This document shows, piece by piece, positions 60,562 to 64,000 of a stretch of DNA of 64,000 nt. Positions within the stretch are counted from its first letter, which is position 1; each line of letters starts with the position of its first letter. The notes under the pieces were generated by a model, which saw only the letters and a program-made list of their open reading frames with translations, was not told the DNA's origin and searched no databases. The position numbers and the translations under genes are program-made. The stretch comes from Oscillospiraceae bacterium. Its GTDB lineage: Bacteria > Bacillota > Clostridia > Oscillospirales > Oscillospiraceae. The DNA lies in assembly GCA_017512485.1 (NCBI GenBank), contig JAFWGE010000032.1, positions 36,721 through 100,720 of the forward strand, given 5' to 3'.

Positions 60562-61355
60562 CAGACGAGCGCGATCACGGCCGCCTGATTTCCCCTGTTG
60601 TTTCCGTCTCTCCGGTTTGACCAGAACAGCCCGCCTTCACAGCAGGTGCAAAGGCTGTCCGACGCTATTTTTTTAACTCCGGCATTCTCAAGAGTCGAGG
60701 CTATGATGCCCTTAAGGTCTACGCTCCACTTCTCTCCCCTGGGGGAGATGAAACGCCGGCTGAAATCTCCCAATTCCGCCATCCGCTCCGGCACGTCGTC
60801 GTGCGTCTCGAAACAGCATGGCCCTATACCGGGCCCCAAGGCCGCAACTATATCGCCCGGGCTGCACCCGAAGCGGCTTTCCATCGCCCTAACCGCCGTG
60901 GCCGCGATGCCCATCGCCGTACCCCTCCAGCCGGAATGGACTGCGGCTGCTGCCCTTCTTACGGGATCCCACAGCAGGACCGGGATGCAGTCGGCGCTGA
61001 AGCACATGACAGCAGAACCGGCGATGTCGGTAACCAGGCCGTCGCATTCGTAGTCCGGCACTCCCTCCGGTCCCATGTCCTCCGGCCGCACGGTCCTGAT
61101 AACATCTTTGTGCACCTGGTTCGTAACGGCAAGGGCGTTTATGTCGAAACCCAGAAGCCCGCCCAGCATTTCGCGGTTTTTCCTGACGCTGCCGGGCGGC
61201 TCATCTCTTTTTACGTCCATGTTGAAGCCTTCGCAGTAACCCCGGGAAAAACCGCCCTGCCTGGTGGTAAACGCGTGGACCGCTCCGGCCTCATCCAGGA
61301 GCCTGCACCGCCTCAGTATTACAGGGCCGGTGCTCTCGTTGTAAAAAACATCCAT
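60561..61355 (-). CDS. pgeF: YfiH/PgeF (DUF152) family peptidoglycan editing factor / purine nucleoside phosphorylase-like
   Basis: 264 aa from ATG 61355 (TAATG overlap with the secA stop). VHAFTTRQGG, ADCIPV, HSGWRGT motifs. Confidence 0.88.
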   Translation of the reverse strand: MDVFYNESTGPVILRRCRLLDEAGAVHAFTTRQGGFSRGYCEGFNMDVKRDEPPGSVRKNREMLGGLLGFDINALAVTNQVHKDVIRTVRPEDMGPEGVPDYECDGLVTDIAGSAVMCFSADCIPVLLWDPVRRAAAAVHSGWRGTAMGIAATAVRAMESRFGCSPGDIVAALGPGIGPCCFETHDDVPERMAELGDFSRRFISPRGEKWSVDLKGIIASTLENAGVKKIASDSLCTCCEGGLFWSNRRDGNNRGNQAAVIALV

Positions 61356-64000
61356 TATTCCTGAAGCGATGGGTTGTTGAACCCGCAGCACTTTTTATAC
61401 TTCTTGCCGCTCCCGCACGGGCACGGGTCATTTCTGCCGACCTTCTTGCCCTTTGTCCTGACAGGCTGGCGCTTCACGGTCCCGTCCCCTCCGGCATTGG
61501 CCGAGACGACTTTAGCTACGCTCTTCCGCTTGAGTTCCTCGTCGGAACGGAGCCTGACCGTCAGGACCCTGCGCATGGTGGTCTCCCTTATTCCATCCGT
61601 CATCTGGTCAAACATTTCAAAGCCTTCACGCTTGTACTCGTCCACGGGATTGACCTGGGAATAGGCCCTGAGGGACACTCCCTGGCGCAGTTCCTGCATG
61701 GCGTCGATATGGTCCATCCAGTATTCGTCCACGGACCTCAGCAGGATGACGCGCTCCACCTCCCGCATGCGCTCCTCGCCGATCTCTTTTTCCTTCTGGT
61801 TGTAAATGAGCAGCGCCTTGTCCGTCAGGAACCGGGTGACTTCCTCTTTTGTCGCAGAGCCGATATCCCCGAATTCCTTCTTCAGCTCGCCGGGCATCAG
61901 GCACACTCCCATATAGTTTACAAGGGACGCGTCGAGGCTTTCGAACGTGAGTTCCCTGTCCGTCGATGAGAAGGCAGTGTTGACGTCCTTATCTATGGAG
62001 GAGGTGATCATGCCCTCGATACTGTGGCGCATCTCCTCGCCGTCAAGGACCCGCCTGCGCTGCTGGTAGATGATGTCTCTCTGTTTGTTCATAACGTCAT
62101 CGTATTCGAGGACCGTCTTCCTGGTCTGGAAGTTCCTGCTCTCGACTTTCCTCTGGGCGTTTTCGATGGCGTTTGAAAGCACCTTGAACTCAAGGGGGGT
62201 ATCTTCTTCCACCTTGAGGGTCTCCATCATGTTATGGATGCGCTCTCCGCCGAAGAGGCGCATTATATCATCTTCCATGCAGATATAAAATCTGGAAGCC
62301 CCGGGATCTCCCTGTCTTCCCGCGCGCCCTCTCAGCTGGTTGTCGATACGCCGGCTCTCGTGCCGCTCCGTACCTACGATAAACAGGCCTCCGGCTTTTT
62401 TGACCTCTTCAGCCTCCCTGGCGGTCTCCTCCCGGTGCCGGCTAAGCGCGGCGGCATACTGTTCCCTGACGGCCAGTATCTTCGGGTCTTCCGTTTCCGC
62501 AAATCCGTTGGCCTCCTGGAGGAGGTCCGGGTCGGTCTCGACCCGGCGAAGGTCATTCATGGCCATGAACTCCGGGTTGCCGCCCAGCATTATGTCGGTG
62601 CCGCGGCCTGCCATGTTGGTAGCTATGGTCACCGCCCCGAGCTTTCCGGCCTGCGCGACTATCTCCGCCTCTTTTTCGTGGTGCTTCGCGTTCAGCACAA
62701 CGTGTTTTATCCCCTGTTTTTTGAGCAGGGCGGAGAGCTGTTCACTCTTTTCTATGGATATCGTACCGACCAACACCGGCTGTCCCTTCTCGTGGCACTG
62801 CTTTATCTGGTCGATTATGGCCCTCAGTTTCGCCGGCTCGTTCTTGTACACCACGTCAGGATAGTCCTGCCGGATCATAGGCCTGTTGGTAGGTATCTCT
62901 ATGACATCAAGGTTATATATGAGGGAAAACTCCTCCTGCTCCGTCAATGCGGTACCGGTCATTCCCGCCAGTTTTTTATAAAGCCGGAAGAAATTCTGGA
63001 ACGTTATAGTAGCCAGGGTCTTGCTCTCGCTGGCGACGTCCACGCCTTCCTTTGCTTCTATAGCCTGATGGAGGCCCTCGTTATACCGCCTGCCGAACAT
63101 GAGGTGCCCCGTGAACTCGTCGACTATTATGACCTGGCCGTCCTTGACCACGTAATCGATGTCCCTTTTCATGATGCCCCGGGCTTTAAGGGCCTGGTTT
63201 ATGTGGTGGTTGAGGGTGGAATTGTCCGGATCGGAAAGGTTCTCGAGGCCGAAATACTTTTCCGCCTTTTTGACTCCCTGTTCCGTCAGCGTCGAACTTC
63301 TGGCCTTCTCATCGACTATATAGTCCGCGTCGTACTCCCCCAGGTCCTGTTTCGTGTCGAGGGACGCAAATGTGAGCTTGCGGAGTGTCGCCACAAATCG
63401 TCGCACTGCTTGTACAGGGATGTGGAATCCTCGCCTTTGCCGGAAATGATAAGGGGCGTCCTCGCCTCGTCTATAAGTATGGAGTCCACCTCGTCCACAA
63501 TGGCGTAAGCGTGGCCCCTCTGGACCGTGCCGGATTTGTATATCGCCATATTGTCGCGCAGGTAGTCGAAGCCCATCTCATTGTTCGTACCGTACGTTAT
63601 GTCCGCGTCGTATGCGGCTTTTCTCTCCTCGCCGTCCATATCATGGATGATCAGGCCCACCTTGAGGCCCATGAATCTGTAAGCCTTTCCCATCCACTCG
63701 CTGTCGCGCTTCGCGAGGTAGTCGTTCACAGTAACGATATGCACGCCGTTTCCCGCCAGAGCGTTCAGGTATGCCGGCAGTGTAGCCACCAGGGTCTTGC
63801 CTTCACCGGTGCGCATCTCCGCTATCCTTCCCTGATGGAGAACTATACCTCCGATGATCTGGACAGGATAAGGTTTGAGCCCCAATGCCCTCCAATCGGC
63901 TTCGCGCATGGCGGCAAAAGCCTCCGGCAGAATATCGTCAAGCGTCTCCCCGGCGGAAAGCCTCGATTTGAATTCCTGTGTTTTTGCCTGAAGCTCCGCG
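61355..64000 (-). pseudogene. secA: Preprotein translocase ATPase SecA, 5' end beyond the window, carrying a 1-nt frameshift near 63395-63398
   Basis: The upstream piece ([27 protein letters not shown]) and the downstream piece (FVATLRKL...[17 protein letters not shown]..., C-terminal zinc motif [13 protein letters not shown]) are in different frames. They overlap at 63316-63406. Confidence 0.85.

Overview
High-GC (roughly 55-60% by eye) chromosomal segment. I infer a Clostridia-type Gram-positive anaerobe from the rnfCDGEAB gene order, an SLH-anchored wall protein, a YtvI-like sporulation membrane protein, single-chain PurL, strong GGAGG ribosome sites and many ATGA/TAATG gene overlaps. There are about 50 genes, nearly all housekeeping and mostly on the minus strand. 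In order: a nudix / response regulator / histidine kinase / membrane protein operon; a 1144-aa SLH surface protein; UPF0371; ilvBN; the complete Rnf complex; two URO-D-family paralogs; a VanW-family protein; purL; an SPT-like alpha-oxoamine synthase + SDR pair facing a decayed E2/CAT-fold acyltransferase and a radical SAM gene; glyQS, tatD, metG, ribF, truB, nrnA, rbfA, infB, a ylxR/L7Ae fusion, nusA and rimP. Next comes a small accessory-looking patch (DEDDh exonuclease, XRE regulator, LysR relic, 100-aa orphan, GH63-like hydrolase). The window ends with sfsA, a CBS protein, smpB, serCA, htrA, an AI-2E permease, an SDR, rpiB, an orphan family-5 solute-binding lipoprotein, pgeF and secA (5' end outside the window). 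I saw no rRNA/tRNA, CRISPR array, transposase, integrase or recognisable defence genes. Three things stand out. (i) Several well-conserved, normally essential genes are interrupted: an in-frame TAA in metG, an in-frame TGA in ribF and a 1-nt homopolymer frameshift in secA. They sit next to clearly decayed genes (LysR relic, acyltransferase). (ii) The SPT-like synthase / SDR pair is the two-step condensation-reduction module of sphingoid-base-type lipids, which is not a known trait of this lineage. (iii) A VanW gene has its membrane anchor encoded upstream of any ATG/GTG/TTG. I did not find a convincing multi-gene novel system, so candidates carry modest scores. The ORF track begins ORFs at ATG/GTG/TTG; I moved several starts inward where an SD-backed start was visible.
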